Below, piece by piece: positions 9,806 to 20,877 of a stretch of DNA of 35,578 nucleotides. A program made the position numbers and the translations under genes. The notes under the pieces are model-generated. The model was not told where the DNA came from. It searched no databases and saw only the letters and a program-made list of their open reading frames with translations. Where the stretch lies: positions 1 to 35,578 of the forward strand of contig CAVYXJ010000014.1 of NCBI GenBank assembly GCA_963772455.1, read 5' to 3'. How positions within the stretch are numbered: the first letter of the stretch is position 1; each line of letters begins with the position of its first letter. The DNA is from Candidatus Bathyarchaeota archaeon (GTDB lineage Archaea; Thermoproteota; Bathyarchaeia; Bathyarchaeales; Bathycorpusculaceae).

Positions 9806-9870
9806 GATAATTATCCTTCCATTTTCAGAGCTAATTAAGAATTATGTTGGAAAATGGAGCGATAATTATG
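9806..9870 (+). repeat. Symmetric ~65-bp site (AATTA cores at 9809, 9833, 9840, 9864)
   Basis: gataattatc-cttccattttc-agagctaattaagaattatgttg-gaaaatggagc-gataattatg. The outer arms are 18/20 inverted repeats. Confidence 0.85.
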
Positions 9871-9918
9871 TGGAAAACATCAAAGCATAGTCGACTAAGG
9901 GACTTTCAAGGAGAGTAG

Positions 9919-9957
9919 TAATTTAAAATTATTGTGATAAAATAGCTGATAATTATT
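9919..9957 (+). repeat. Partial copy of the AATTAT site
   Basis: taatttaaaattat...gataattatt, with cores at 9920, 9927 and 9951 (spacing 7, 24). Confidence 0.55.
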
Positions 9958-10059
9958 GGTTTTAACTTTTTTCCAGTTGTGTTCCAGCTTTGGAACGTTT
10001 TGTTTCTTGAGTAGAACTAAAAGCGGCTATTCCAAATAGGGATATTTGAGAGTACAACT

Positions 10060-10830
10060 ATGGTGACAAAGAAAACTAAAATAATCTTTGCAGTAGCCGT
10101 GATTGTTGTATTTATTGTAGTTGCCATTCCAGGTTTTTATCTTATAAACCCCCCATCAGCTTCTAAACCCTTTACGTTCAGCCTGAGTATGTATCCAAAT
10201 AACGCAACAATTATGCAAGCACAGAACTTAACAATCAGAGTGGATGTCGCCTACCTTAAAGGCACGCCTGAACCTGTCACGCTCTCGGCGAGTGATGGTC
10301 CAAACGGAACCATCTACCAATTCAACAGTCAAACGGGAACTCCCAACGCCACGAAGCCATTCAGCAGTAACCTAACAATTTTTGCGCCAGCTTCAGCAGC
10401 CTCTGGCTCTTACTTCATCGATGTCTCGTCGAATACAAGTGCCCAAACCTGTCGAGCCACATTCACCTTAATCGTGGTGGCTGCAGAAATCCAAGTTTCT
10501 GGTATAGTCACAATAATATCTCAAGTAACCATTAATCAAGTAACCATTGATGTTATCCCAACGGATATACTCTTTGAAAGTAACACTACCGGCCAAGCCT
10601 ACCAAGTAAAAGTTCACAGATTTACCGATACAAGCGTTGCGCCTGGAAGAACTGGAAATTATTCTATCTCACTGCCTAACCAGCAAAGCTACCGCGTCGA
10701 ATTTTATTGCTTCAGCTATCCTCACTTCGTTCCAGTCTTTCGTGTAGCTACAAGCGGCATTGAAGACGGGTACTTCACAGTTGACTGCGGCGCAGGCATA
10801 GACTCTTTGGTCGCAAACTTTATAGGCTAA
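10060..10830 (+). CDS. Hypothetical membrane-anchored extracellular protein with Ig-like segment
   Basis: N-terminal TM. FSLSMYP...VTLS...SNLTI...GSYFIDV pattern typical of archaeal surface Ig-like modules. Confidence 0.75.
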   Translation: MVTKKTKIIFAVAVIVVFIVVAIPGFYLINPPSASKPFTFSLSMYPNNATIMQAQNLTIRVDVAYLKGTPEPVTLSASDGPNGTIYQFNSQTGTPNATKPFSSNLTIFAPASAASGSYFIDVSSNTSAQTCRATFTLIVVAAEIQVSGIVTIISQVTINQVTIDVIPTDILFESNTTGQAYQVKVHRFTDTSVAPGRTGNYSISLPNQQSYRVEFYCFSYPHFVPVFRVATSGIEDGYFTVDCGAGIDSLVANFIG

Positions 10831-10838
10831 AAGCCGAT

Positions 10839-11309
10839 ATGGCAAATAAAACGAGGATTCAGTTGGACATAATTCAGTTACTTTGTGTATTTGGTTTAAG
10901 TATAATTGAGTTGTGGATTGCTATTCCTGCAGGTTTTGCCTTTAATCTCAATCCGGTTGCAATTGCAGTTATGGCTTCATTGGGTTCCATTTTTGGCGCT
11001 ATAATTGATGTTTGGGCTGGTGACAAGCTCCGAAGCAGAATAATAAAATGGCGCTATGGAGAAAATGGCGGTCCTAAACAAGGTCGACTCTTTAAATTAT
11101 GGAATAGATATGGAGTAGTTGGATTAGGTTTGTTTTCTCCATTGCTCTTAGGTGCACCACTTGGAGTTGCGGTAGGACTTGTTTTTGGTGCTGAAAGGTG
11201 GCGGTTATTACTTTGGATAAGTGTGGGAATAATCGCATGGAGTATTTTGTTGACTGCAATTGGTTCTGTAAGTTTTGAAGTAATAAAGACTCTTCTAAAA
11301 TGGTCTTAA
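10839..11309 (+). CDS. Putative small multidrug export family membrane protein
   Basis: IELWIAIPAG and WNRYGVVGLGLFSPLLLGAPLG motifs, about 4 TM helices. Confidence 0.75.
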   Translation: MANKTRIQLDIIQLLCVFGLSIIELWIAIPAGFAFNLNPVAIAVMASLGSIFGAIIDVWAGDKLRSRIIKWRYGENGGPKQGRLFKLWNRYGVVGLGLFSPLLLGAPLGVAVGLVFGAERWRLLLWISVGIIAWSILLTAIGSVSFEVIKTLLKWS

Positions 11310-11350
11310 TTCCTAATTACCATTTTTGGACTGAAGTTACCAAGAACCAA

Positions 11351-11382
11351 AAATTATGTTGCAATTACCCAAAATAATTATG
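11351..11382 (+). repeat. Partial (right-half) copy of the AATTAT site
   Basis: aaattatgtt...aataattatg, with cores at 11352 and 11376 (24 bp apart). Confidence 0.6.
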
Positions 11383-11418
11383 CTCGACAAGTCTAAAAAA
11401 ACCCTGCTATGTTTTAGT

Positions 11419-11590
11419 CTACTCATTTAGTATTGTCGTTAATAGTCGTCTTTCTGCTTTTATTCGATCTTCTATCAAAGCAGAGCTTTTCAATCTCAAC
11501 TTAACTGCGAGCTCTCTTGGCTCAATCCTTCTTGGAATATCATAGTAACCCTCTCTAAACGAAGTAACAAGCACTTCTCGTTGCTTCTTT
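11419..11590 (-). pseudogene. C-terminal HTH fragment of a Bat/HTH_10-type transcription regulator
   Basis: KQREVL...GYYDIPRRI...ELA..L......KAERRLL is the HTH_10 signature. The N-terminal domain is missing. Confidence 0.65.
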
Positions 11591-11645
11591 CTTTGCTCAG
11601 TCGTGCCGTAATACTCACGCATCGAAAAACCGCTTAACTTGCACT

Positions 11646-11710
11646 AATAATTATCCCAAAATTTTCTAGCCTAATTAAGAATTATGTTAGTATTTCCTGC
11701 GACAATTATA
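11646..11710 (+). repeat. Second complete AATTAT 24-7-24 site
   Basis: aataattatc...ctaattaagaattatgtt...gacaattata, with offsets (0, +25, +55) identical to 9806-9870. Confidence 0.85.
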
Positions 11711-11819
11711 CCAGAGACGCTTTTCTTTCTTGTTCCTTCGCCTTTTTTAATTGTTTTCCCAGTTTTTAATGTATCCTTTTAAGAACCCTTGCGCCATTGT
11801 TTTAGTGAAGGGTTTAACT

Positions 11820-12992
11820 ATGGGAGAAAAAAATGACTCACTCATAGCATACAATATTTTGGAAAAAAGAATAATTAACACCGGATTGTGCACTCTTTGC
11901 GGCGCTTGTGAGGCCGCGTGTCCAGTGGGTGCCTTGCATATTGAAGATGAAAAAGTCAAGCACACCTGCGATTGCTCTAAAAACATTGATTTATGTCCCA
12001 TATGCTACGAAATTTGCCCTCATTCAGAGGCGCTTTTACTCAAAAGTTTGAGTGTTGTGGCTGATGCTCCGATAAAGAATGAAGCACTTGGGTACTACCG
12101 TAAAATAGTTCTCGCTCAAGCGGTTGATCCTAAAATAAGGGAACTAAGTCACGGTGGAGGGGTAGTTACTTCTCTGCTGAAATTCGGTATCGAAACCAAA
12201 ATTTTTGATAGTGCTATTGTTTCTCAGGGCGAACCTGAAAACCCTGCAAAACCTAAGCCTTCTGTAGCAACGGTGCCAGATGACGTACTTTCAGCGATAG
12301 GGAGCAAGTTTTTTCCCTCCTCAATAGCTACAGCGTACGGAACTGCAGTTAAATGCTATGGAAAAACAAATATTGCCTTTGTTGGCGTGCCCTGTCATGT
12401 GCTAGCTCTTCGAAAACTGGGGGCATGGCAGCATAGAATTAGCGGTAACTTACGAATAACTATTGGGCTCTTCTGTTTTGGCACACTATCTTTTGGTGCT
12501 TTACTGAAATATCTAAAAAACAAATATAATATTGAATTATCGGATATCAAGCACTTACGCTTGACTTCGGAACTTGTAATTCAAACAAGTAAAAGCGAAC
12601 TTAGGATTCCATTGTCTGAGATTTCAAATGAAATTTTGCCAAGCTGCCGAAAATGTACAGACTTCACCTCAGAACTCGCAGACATATCCATTGGAAGCGC
12701 TTATCCTTTGAAGGATTGGTCAACGGTAATTATCCGAACAAAAGACGCAGAAAACTTCTTTTATAAAGCGGTGGAAAACCACGTCATCAGCACACGGGAT
12801 ATCGAGGAAGAACCAAATGTCATCGAAGGAGTAACGCTTGCTGCGATAGAAAAACGAAAGTCGGGTCTCAAAAAAGCTAAAGAAATTGAAGAAAGCACGG
12901 GGCATGTCGTTTCAGAGCCGTCTATCTATGAAGGAGTCTTTGTTTTAGAGGATCTGATTTCAAGGTTCTCTTTGTTATCCGGCAGCAGCTAG
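11820..12992 (+). CDS. Coenzyme F420 hydrogenase/dehydrogenase beta-subunit (FrhB/FdhB) family protein with N-terminal 2x[4Fe-4S] domain
   Basis: CTLCGACEAACP, CPICYEICP, GGVVTSLL, VGVPCH, IGLFC and CRKCTDFTSELADISIG motifs. ATG 11820 is preferred over TTG 11751. Confidence 0.9.
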   Translation: MGEKNDSLIAYNILEKRIINTGLCTLCGACEAACPVGALHIEDEKVKHTCDCSKNIDLCPICYEICPHSEALLLKSLSVVADAPIKNEALGYYRKIVLAQAVDPKIRELSHGGGVVTSLLKFGIETKIFDSAIVSQGEPENPAKPKPSVATVPDDVLSAIGSKFFPSSIATAYGTAVKCYGKTNIAFVGVPCHVLALRKLGAWQHRISGNLRITIGLFCFGTLSFGALLKYLKNKYNIELSDIKHLRLTSELVIQTSKSELRIPLSEISNEILPSCRKCTDFTSELADISIGSAYPLKDWSTVIIRTKDAENFFYKAVENHVISTRDIEEEPNVIEGVTLAAIEKRKSGLKKAKEIEESTGHVVSEPSIYEGVFVLEDLISRFSLLSGSS

Positions 12993-13041
12993 AATGCCTG
13001 AACCATTACGTTAGCCTATATTTTTGTTCTTTAGGTTCTGC

Positions 13042-13629
13042 TTATTGTTTGATTAGTTTCAGTCCGTTGGTTGATGTGTAGACGTTTTGTTCCCATACTC
13101 CGTTCCAGTGATCGTGCCATGTGCCTTCCATTAGCGTAGAGGTAAAGGTAAAGACGCCAACTGGTTCAACTTGATTTATTGGACCAGCATCCTCCTTAGT
13201 TAATGTCAGTTGAGTTCCATTAACAATGCCCCTGAGCTGCATGAATGAAGCATCTGGAACATAGCCGGAATCATCGATCAATTGTCTGTTTGCATAACTA
13301 AACTCTACAGTCACTAACACGATGTTATTGTCGTTTGTGGGGCTGATAGTCCATGTCATTGTGCGTTCTTCTGAGCCGACGTTTTCGATTTGACCAAAAT
13401 TTTGATAATCCGTGGCAATGTTAAAAGTTGCTGGCAAGGTTGTTTTCCAGGTTCCATCGACATCTCTTGTTGGTGTCAATACACCTGCTGGTGTCAATGC
13501 AAATGTATCATCGAAGAATCCTGAGAAGTAAAGAGCTCCAGTAATGGAAACAATTATGATTACAACAGGAATAACTTGATTTATTTTGATTTTTCCTTTT
13601 CCTTGTTTTTGTACTTGAACAGCAGCCAA
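13042..13629 (-). CDS. Hypothetical membrane-anchored extracellular protein
   Basis: GTGA RBS before TTG, N-terminal TM, DVDGTW beta-barrel-like start. Confidence 0.7.
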   Translation of the reverse strand: MAAVQVQKQGKGKIKINQVIPVVIIIVSITGALYFSGFFDDTFALTPAGVLTPTRDVDGTWKTTLPATFNIATDYQNFGQIENVGSEERTMTWTISPTNDNNIVLVTVEFSYANRQLIDDSGYVPDASFMQLRGIVNGTQLTLTKEDAGPINQVEPVGVFTFTSTLMEGTWHDHWNGVWEQNVYTSTNGLKLIKQ

Positions 13630-13722
13630 ATTTGATCACACTTTCATGAATAGAAACAGAAGTTTAGGTAAAAGCGTTATGAATTATCACTAAATATTTT
13701 TAGTTAGTGGGGAAGTTACTGG

Positions 13723-13764
13723 TTTTGTTTAGTTTTTCTGAGAGTTTTAGTTCGCATGGACCGC
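13723..13764 (+). repeat. Dispersed 42-bp repeat, copy 1 (copy 2 at 33676-33717)
   Basis: 27 identical bp (ttttgtttagtttttctgagagtttta), then gttcgcatggaccgc versus ttccgcgtggaccgc. Confidence 0.85.
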
Positions 13765-14176
13765 CAAAACAGTTCTTCAAGTTTGTTGCTTGGGAATGAG
13801 TTCCCGCGTTTATTTACTTTGGAGGATTTTTTTCCAAGCAGCACAATCTTTGTTTCTTTCAAACTTAAGCATTACATAAAGCTCAAGAGAACAACAGTTG
13901 AAAAATATGTATTGATGTTCTTTCAGGCATTTTTCATTGAGATACTGTCTGCTAGAAGAAGAAGTTCTGTTGGTGCACCAAAAGTTGGGTGAGTTTGTTT
14001 TAAGTTGCTTTTTTAATTTGGGCTTTTGGAAAGCTGTAGGTTGCGTCTGCACCCGTCTTTGCACGTCTTAGTGCGTCTTAGAAAGTCTCGGGAAGTCGGT
14101 GTGTTTAATGTTGTTGTATAAAAAGTTGGATAGAAAAGACAAAGCCCCCATAAGAGAGTGCGAAGGATGTTTTGTT

Positions 14177-16750
14177 TTATGGTTTTGGGGATTTTTTGGC
14201 TCTGCTTTTGAAGACAACCGCTACGACTGCTATTGCTGCGACTAGTGCGATGGGAATTACATACAGTAGCCATAGAGGAAGTGAATCATTGTTAGTATTG
14301 GATACCTCATGAACATCGCCCATTGCCATAGTTATTGTGTGTGTGCTGTGTGAGTAGGTGAAGGATATGAGCCATGAGTCTGTTTGGGATTCACTAGTGA
14401 AGCTTGTTTGGGTGCCATCAATGTATGCTTTGAGTGTTGAAATGTCGCTTAGAATTGTTTTTGGGATATAGATGTTGACATAGCCTTTTGTTCCTGAAGC
14501 TCCAGAGGCAATGAATCTTAATTCTTTGGTATCTGGGTTGAAGGTAAACTGTGTTATGGTTGAGTTAGAGGTTAAAGTGAATACGTTGTGTTCTAGATCA
14601 GGTGTTAATGCTAAGTTAATGGTTTTGCTTGCTGCGTTCATTGTTGGTGTTTTGTCTGAGGTTGCTTTGATGAGGTAGTTTCCGGTTACATCTGGGTTCC
14701 AGATGGCTTTGAAAGTGCCGTCGGGTAATGTTTTTACTAGTGTTAAGCTTTCCCATGTGTTGCCGCCGGTTACGCTGTATGAGATTAGTATTGGTGAGTC
14801 AGCGACGGGGTTGCTGTTGAGCATTAAGTTTCCGCTTATTTCGACTTTGGGGCCGGTGGCTGAAGTTGTGCTTTTGCAGGTTAGGGTTATTGTTGGTGTT
14901 GGTAATGAAGGGTTGGAGGTGGGTGTTGGGGTTGGGTTGTTTGTTGGTGTTGCGGTTGGTGTAATTGGGATAGGTGTTGGTGTTGGAGTTGGAATTATGG
15001 GTGCTGTAACGTTTATTTTGGTTATTAGTTTTGTTTGTGAATCCTCGATGGATAAGAAATGTGGTCCACCGCTAGCGGTTGGAATTGTTACGGTTGTATT
15101 GAAAGAGCCTTTTATGTTGGCACTTGTTGTACCGATTACTTGGGCATTTTGCCATTCTTGTCCGGTAACTGTACCTACTACAGCAGTGCCGTCAAATTTG
15201 ATGTAAACTAGGCCAGGGTAGAACCATTTGCCAGAAATAAATAAGCTATTGCCAGATTTTATACTTACAGATGAAGATAAATCTGTTCCGTTACCGAAAA
15301 GTGCGTAGGCAGTGCGGGATCCAACTTGTTGGAGACCTCTTGCGAATTCGACGTAGTCTGCATAAGAGTAGGGGACATCGTTTATTTGTGTTCTAAAAGA
15401 AAGTGTGGTAGAATAGTTGCTGTCAGCATTAGTTGTTGACTGCTTTAGGTCGGGCATCTCTGCGTTGAAGGATATTCTTCCTGTTGGATCAGAGATGGTG
15501 GAGGTCCAGTAGTTCCAAATTCCATATGTAGGATCTAAGTAGTATACGCTAACAGAGGTTGAAGAGGGGTAGCCTGAGCCGCTGTATTGGACAATTGCGC
15601 CTCCGGGTCCTGAAGCGGGTGTAAGTTGTAATGAGGCAGTGGATACGAAGATTTTCACAGTTATTCTTGTTTGGGAGTCTTCTATGGCTAAGTAGTGTTC
15701 TCCTGCATTGGCGTTTGGAATTACTACGTTGGTGTTAAAGCTGCCAGTTGCATTTGTGGCGGTGGTTCCGATTATGTTTGCGTTTAACCATTCATTACTG
15801 GAGACTGTTCCGACGACGTTAACGCCATCCCATCGGATGTATATTGGGCCTGGGTTGAACCATTTTCCTGAAAGGGCAATTGTGTCCCCGATAATGGTTC
15901 TTACGTTTGAAACTAAGTTTGTGCCATTGCCAAAAAGTCCATAGGCGGTTGTGTTTCCAACTGTCTTTAATCCGCGTTGATATTCGTTGTAGTTGGTGTT
16001 GCTCAATACTTGAGTTCCAACTGTTGATCTATAGTAAATTGAGGTGTACGTTTCTGGGTAATCTGAGGTTCCAAGAGATTTCTTTAAATCTGGAGCGGTT
16101 GATGTTGCCCAGATTTGTCCGGATGCGTTTGCTATTGTTGTTGTTAGGTAATTCCAAGTGTTAAAAGCTGTGTCAAGATAGGATATTACTACTGTGGCTC
16201 CGACAGGGTAGTTTGAGCCTGTGAATGTTATTGGGATTCCTCCGGGTCCTGAAGGAGGCGATATGCTTAGTTGGGCATTGTAGTTTATGGGGTTGACTGT
16301 GATGTATGTGTCAGTTACGGCGACAGATGCCCCGATTTGGTCGACGGCTTTGATATAGTAACTTCCAAGGGGAGTTGTTGAGGGTATGCTGCCGTTTATC
16401 CAGTTGTTCCCAACAAGCCAAACTCCGTTTTCACCTGTATAGTTAGAGATTCTAGTTGTGTCTGCTAGATCGTATGGTGAGAAAGTCGGAGTGTAAACTG
16501 AACCTGATGTAAGTTGTGTGGTGCCATCAGGGCTTAGAAATAGGAAAAATTGAGGTCCATCCCAGATGATTTCCCCCAAATATAGATTTATGTTGTCTCC
16601 AGCTTGGACTTGTTGTCCAGGAATGCTGGCGCCTAAAGTGTTAATTTTTATGTTTCCGGTTGAGGATGAAACAAAAGTAAGATATGTTGGTAAAATTAAT
16701 GCCAGTATCAATAAAGCTATTAAGAAAATTTTCGTTTTGCCCTTTAGCAT
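14177..16750 (-). CDS. Large cell-surface protein with tandem ~213-aa Ig/IPT-like repeat, PT linker and C-terminal TM anchor
   Basis: Signal peptide; SGPGG...GNGT...SGKWF...IEDSQT block present twice; (PT)n linker; TM helix with basic tail. Confidence 0.85.
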   Translation of the reverse strand: MLKGKTKIFLIALLILALILPTYLTFVSSSTGNIKINTLGASIPGQQVQAGDNINLYLGEIIWDGPQFFLFLSPDGTTQLTSGSVYTPTFSPYDLADTTRISNYTGENGVWLVGNNWINGSIPSTTPLGSYYIKAVDQIGASVAVTDTYITVNPINYNAQLSISPPSGPGGIPITFTGSNYPVGATVVISYLDTAFNTWNYLTTTIANASGQIWATSTAPDLKKSLGTSDYPETYTSIYYRSTVGTQVLSNTNYNEYQRGLKTVGNTTAYGLFGNGTNLVSNVRTIIGDTIALSGKWFNPGPIYIRWDGVNVVGTVSSNEWLNANIIGTTATNATGSFNTNVVIPNANAGEHYLAIEDSQTRITVKIFVSTASLQLTPASGPGGAIVQYSGSGYPSSTSVSVYYLDPTYGIWNYWTSTISDPTGRISFNAEMPDLKQSTTNADSNYSTTLSFRTQINDVPYSYADYVEFARGLQQVGSRTAYALFGNGTDLSSSVSIKSGNSLFISGKWFYPGLVYIKFDGTAVVGTVTGQEWQNAQVIGTTSANIKGSFNTTVTIPTASGGPHFLSIEDSQTKLITKINVTAPIIPTPTPTPIPITPTATPTNNPTPTPTSNPSLPTPTITLTCKSTTSATGPKVEISGNLMLNSNPVADSPILISYSVTGGNTWESLTLVKTLPDGTFKAIWNPDVTGNYLIKATSDKTPTMNAASKTINLALTPDLEHNVFTLTSNSTITQFTFNPDTKELRFIASGASGTKGYVNIYIPKTILSDISTLKAYIDGTQTSFTSESQTDSWLISFTYSHSTHTITMAMGDVHEVSNTNNDSLPLWLLYVIPIALVAAIAVVAVVFKSRAKKSPKP

Positions 16751-16940
16751 GCTATAATACCCCAGTTTAGTTTAGATTCTTTTAACTTATTAATACTTCG
16801 GAAACGAGCAAATGAGAAAATATTGAACTACAGATGAACGGCATCTATGCATTTTAGCTGTGTAGTTTTTTCATAACATTCATATTGGGCATTGTTTTTT
16901 TTGAGGCTGATAACCAAATGCTGATGTTGGAACGTTGTTT

Positions 16941-16957
16941 AAAGAAAGTTTTATCAA
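16941..16957 (+). promoter_or_regulatory. Putative BRE-TATA promoter
   Basis: aaagaaag-ttttat about 40 nt upstream of GTG 16992. Confidence 0.35.
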
Positions 16958-16991
16958 CTAACCACGATTAACCATACGTTGTGGGCGTCTA

Positions 16992-18335
16992 GTGAAGAGG
17001 AAATATGTAGCAACTTTGGCGGTCATTGTTATAATCACGGTTTTGTCGGCGGCATTTTTTGTCGTTAAATTTGATGGTTCTGATAGACCTGCGGATGCTT
17101 TTGTTGGGGTGGCTTATTGTGGGAATTCTGTTGCTGATGGAAAAATGTTGATTGATAAAGTTAAGGGTTATACGAATCTTTTTGTTTTGCAGTCTGGCTT
17201 ATTGCAGCGGGATTTTAAAAGTGTGGATGAATTGGGTGATTATGCGGTTTCTGCGGGAATGTTTTTTTTGCCTTATTTTGGTGCTTATGTTCAGGCTTCT
17301 TTTTCAAGTTGGCTTGATAGTGCAAAAGTGAGGTGGGGTGATCATTTCTTGGGTGTTTATTATGCTGATGAGGCGGGTGGAAAAATGCTTGATAGCTACG
17401 TTACTTTTGAAGACTCAGCAAATGGAGATAAAATAACTAAAACTGAGTATGGTGATGTTTTTGTTCAAAAGCCCAACGGTGTTCAGATTAACTATGATTT
17501 TAATGGAGTTATCCATTTGTTTGAGCCAAGTGGCACAGACATCAATAGTGAAGCTGTTTTCTACCAAAATGGCACTGTTGACATCGTTAATGCTGCATCC
17601 AAAGGTTTTAGTTTCCAAAGCTACCAGCAACTTCAAAGTATTCGGCCTTTTAAAGATGTAGATGATGCGGCTCAAAGGTTCATTGAGCGCGATAAGGTGA
17701 ATATTGATTATTTGAAGGGCAATACGAAAGTTTTCACTTCAGATTATGGTCTTTACTGGTTTGATTATTTGTCGGGTTATGATGTGATTTTAAGTCAGGT
17801 GGGATGGAATCTTACGTTGAATCAGCAGATTGCACAAATTCGTGGAGCTGCACAGGTTCAGGGCAAAGAGTGGGGTGTGGTTATAACTTGGAAGTATCAG
17901 CAGCCGCCTTATCTTGATAACGGCACGCAAATTCTAAGTCAAATGCGTACTGCCTATGAATGCGGAGGCAAATACATTGTTTTATTTGACTATTATGACT
18001 CTGATTCTAACCCATTTGGGACATTGCAAGAAGAGCATTTTCAAGCGTTAGAATCCTTCTGGAAAGATGTCATTAAAAACCCCAATGAAATCCGTGGTTC
18101 CATCAAAGCTAACTCTGTTTTGGTTTTTCCTCAAAACTACGGCTGGGGAACAAGATGGATGGAGGATAAGATCTGGGGTATATTCAAGGCGGATAACCAG
18201 ACAAGTCAAATTTGGGATTTCATGCAGTCAACGTTGCAGAAACAAGGTTTAAAAACAGACATAGTTTATTCGGACAACCAATTTGCTCTGCCTTCTCAGT
18301 ACCAAGATGTCTACTCTTTAAACAGCTCCGGATAA
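16992..18335 (+). CDS. Hypothetical membrane-anchored extracellular protein, possibly glycoside-hydrolase-like barrel
   Basis: N-terminal TM; FLGVYYADEAGGK, FTSDYGLYWFDY and WGVVITW. The YxxDE motif suggests a TIM-barrel GH-like fold (inference). Confidence 0.75.
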   Translation: MKRKYVATLAVIVIITVLSAAFFVVKFDGSDRPADAFVGVAYCGNSVADGKMLIDKVKGYTNLFVLQSGLLQRDFKSVDELGDYAVSAGMFFLPYFGAYVQASFSSWLDSAKVRWGDHFLGVYYADEAGGKMLDSYVTFEDSANGDKITKTEYGDVFVQKPNGVQINYDFNGVIHLFEPSGTDINSEAVFYQNGTVDIVNAASKGFSFQSYQQLQSIRPFKDVDDAAQRFIERDKVNIDYLKGNTKVFTSDYGLYWFDYLSGYDVILSQVGWNLTLNQQIAQIRGAAQVQGKEWGVVITWKYQQPPYLDNGTQILSQMRTAYECGGKYIVLFDYYDSDSNPFGTLQEEHFQALESFWKDVIKNPNEIRGSIKANSVLVFPQNYGWGTRWMEDKIWGIFKADNQTSQIWDFMQSTLQKQGLKTDIVYSDNQFALPSQYQDVYSLNSSG

Positions 18336-18699
18336 CGAATTTTGAGTTTGCTCAAAATTTTTGGGAATAGGCTTTTGCTTTTTTTCTTTCGAACTTGGTG
18401 CCATTGCAGTTTTCTTGAGCATAAAGCACTTGAAAAATATTGTCTATCGGTTGCAGGGTTGCAGTAAGAAATAATATTTAAGAGAAGAAGAAGAGCAAAT
18501 TTTTTTCACACTCTTCTACTCTTGGCGAATTATTGTTTTAGTTGGTGGGATCGATAACTTTTAATTCCAGGTTTTTTGTCAAATACCTAAGAATATCGTC
18601 GTGAGAGTTTTTGTTTTATTCTTAATTTGGTCTATCTAGGGTTGGACTGACTAGAAGTAATAAGCAAATATTGCCGAATTAAGTTTTGAGGAAAAATTT

Positions 18700-20364
<1,665 letters not shown>

Positions 20365-20430
20365 ACTATCCACTTTCTTCTTTTTTTGGAACCAAATTAT
20401 AGTTTCAATTAACGGTGTTGAAGTGGGAGA

Positions 20431-20769
20431 TTGAGTCTGGATCGGGTGATTAAGATCTTGGGAGGCTTGGGTTTTTCTAAAGCTGATGCTGAGGTTTACA
20501 TTTATCTTGCAAAGAAGGGTCCAAGAAAGGAAACAGACCTTTTTGAGGCTTTCAAGTTTACTGATAAGAAGCTTGATTTAATTCTCAATAACTTGAAAAG
20601 CAAGGGTTTAGTAACGGCTACCGTCGAGCACTCCGAGGTATTTTTAGCTATACCATTCGAATCAGTTCTTGATCAACTCGTAAAATCCAATATTCAACAA
20701 GCCTCTGCAATAAGAGAAAATAAAGAGGAAATTCTTTCCAGATGGCGATCCTCAATTAGAAGGAAATAA
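20431..20769 (+). CDS. Short TrmB-family HTH protein
   Basis: LGFSKADAEVYIYLAKKGP...LNNLKSKGLV...FLAIPFE is the TrmB wHTH plus coiled coil. Confidence 0.8.
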   Translation: MSLDRVIKILGGLGFSKADAEVYIYLAKKGPRKETDLFEAFKFTDKKLDLILNNLKSKGLVTATVEHSEVFLAIPFESVLDQLVKSNIQQASAIRENKEEILSRWRSSIRRK

Positions 20770-20877
20770 TATAGTTCAAAAAGACAATTTAGCTTCACGC
20801 AAGGTTTTCATGCAAAAAGTATTATGTACTGTTATCATGTATTAGTTATTCTAGAATTTCAGTGTTCAACTTGAGGA

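Noticed and set aside
13756-14273. Short ORFs in the spacer (13756+, 13810-, 14013-)
   Set aside because: Mutually overlapping, biased in composition and without motifs; the region contains a non-coding repeat.
14703-15206. 167-aa VG-rich plus-strand ORF and other antisense ORFs inside long genes
   Set aside because: Shadow of the PT linker and codon bias on the opposite strand.
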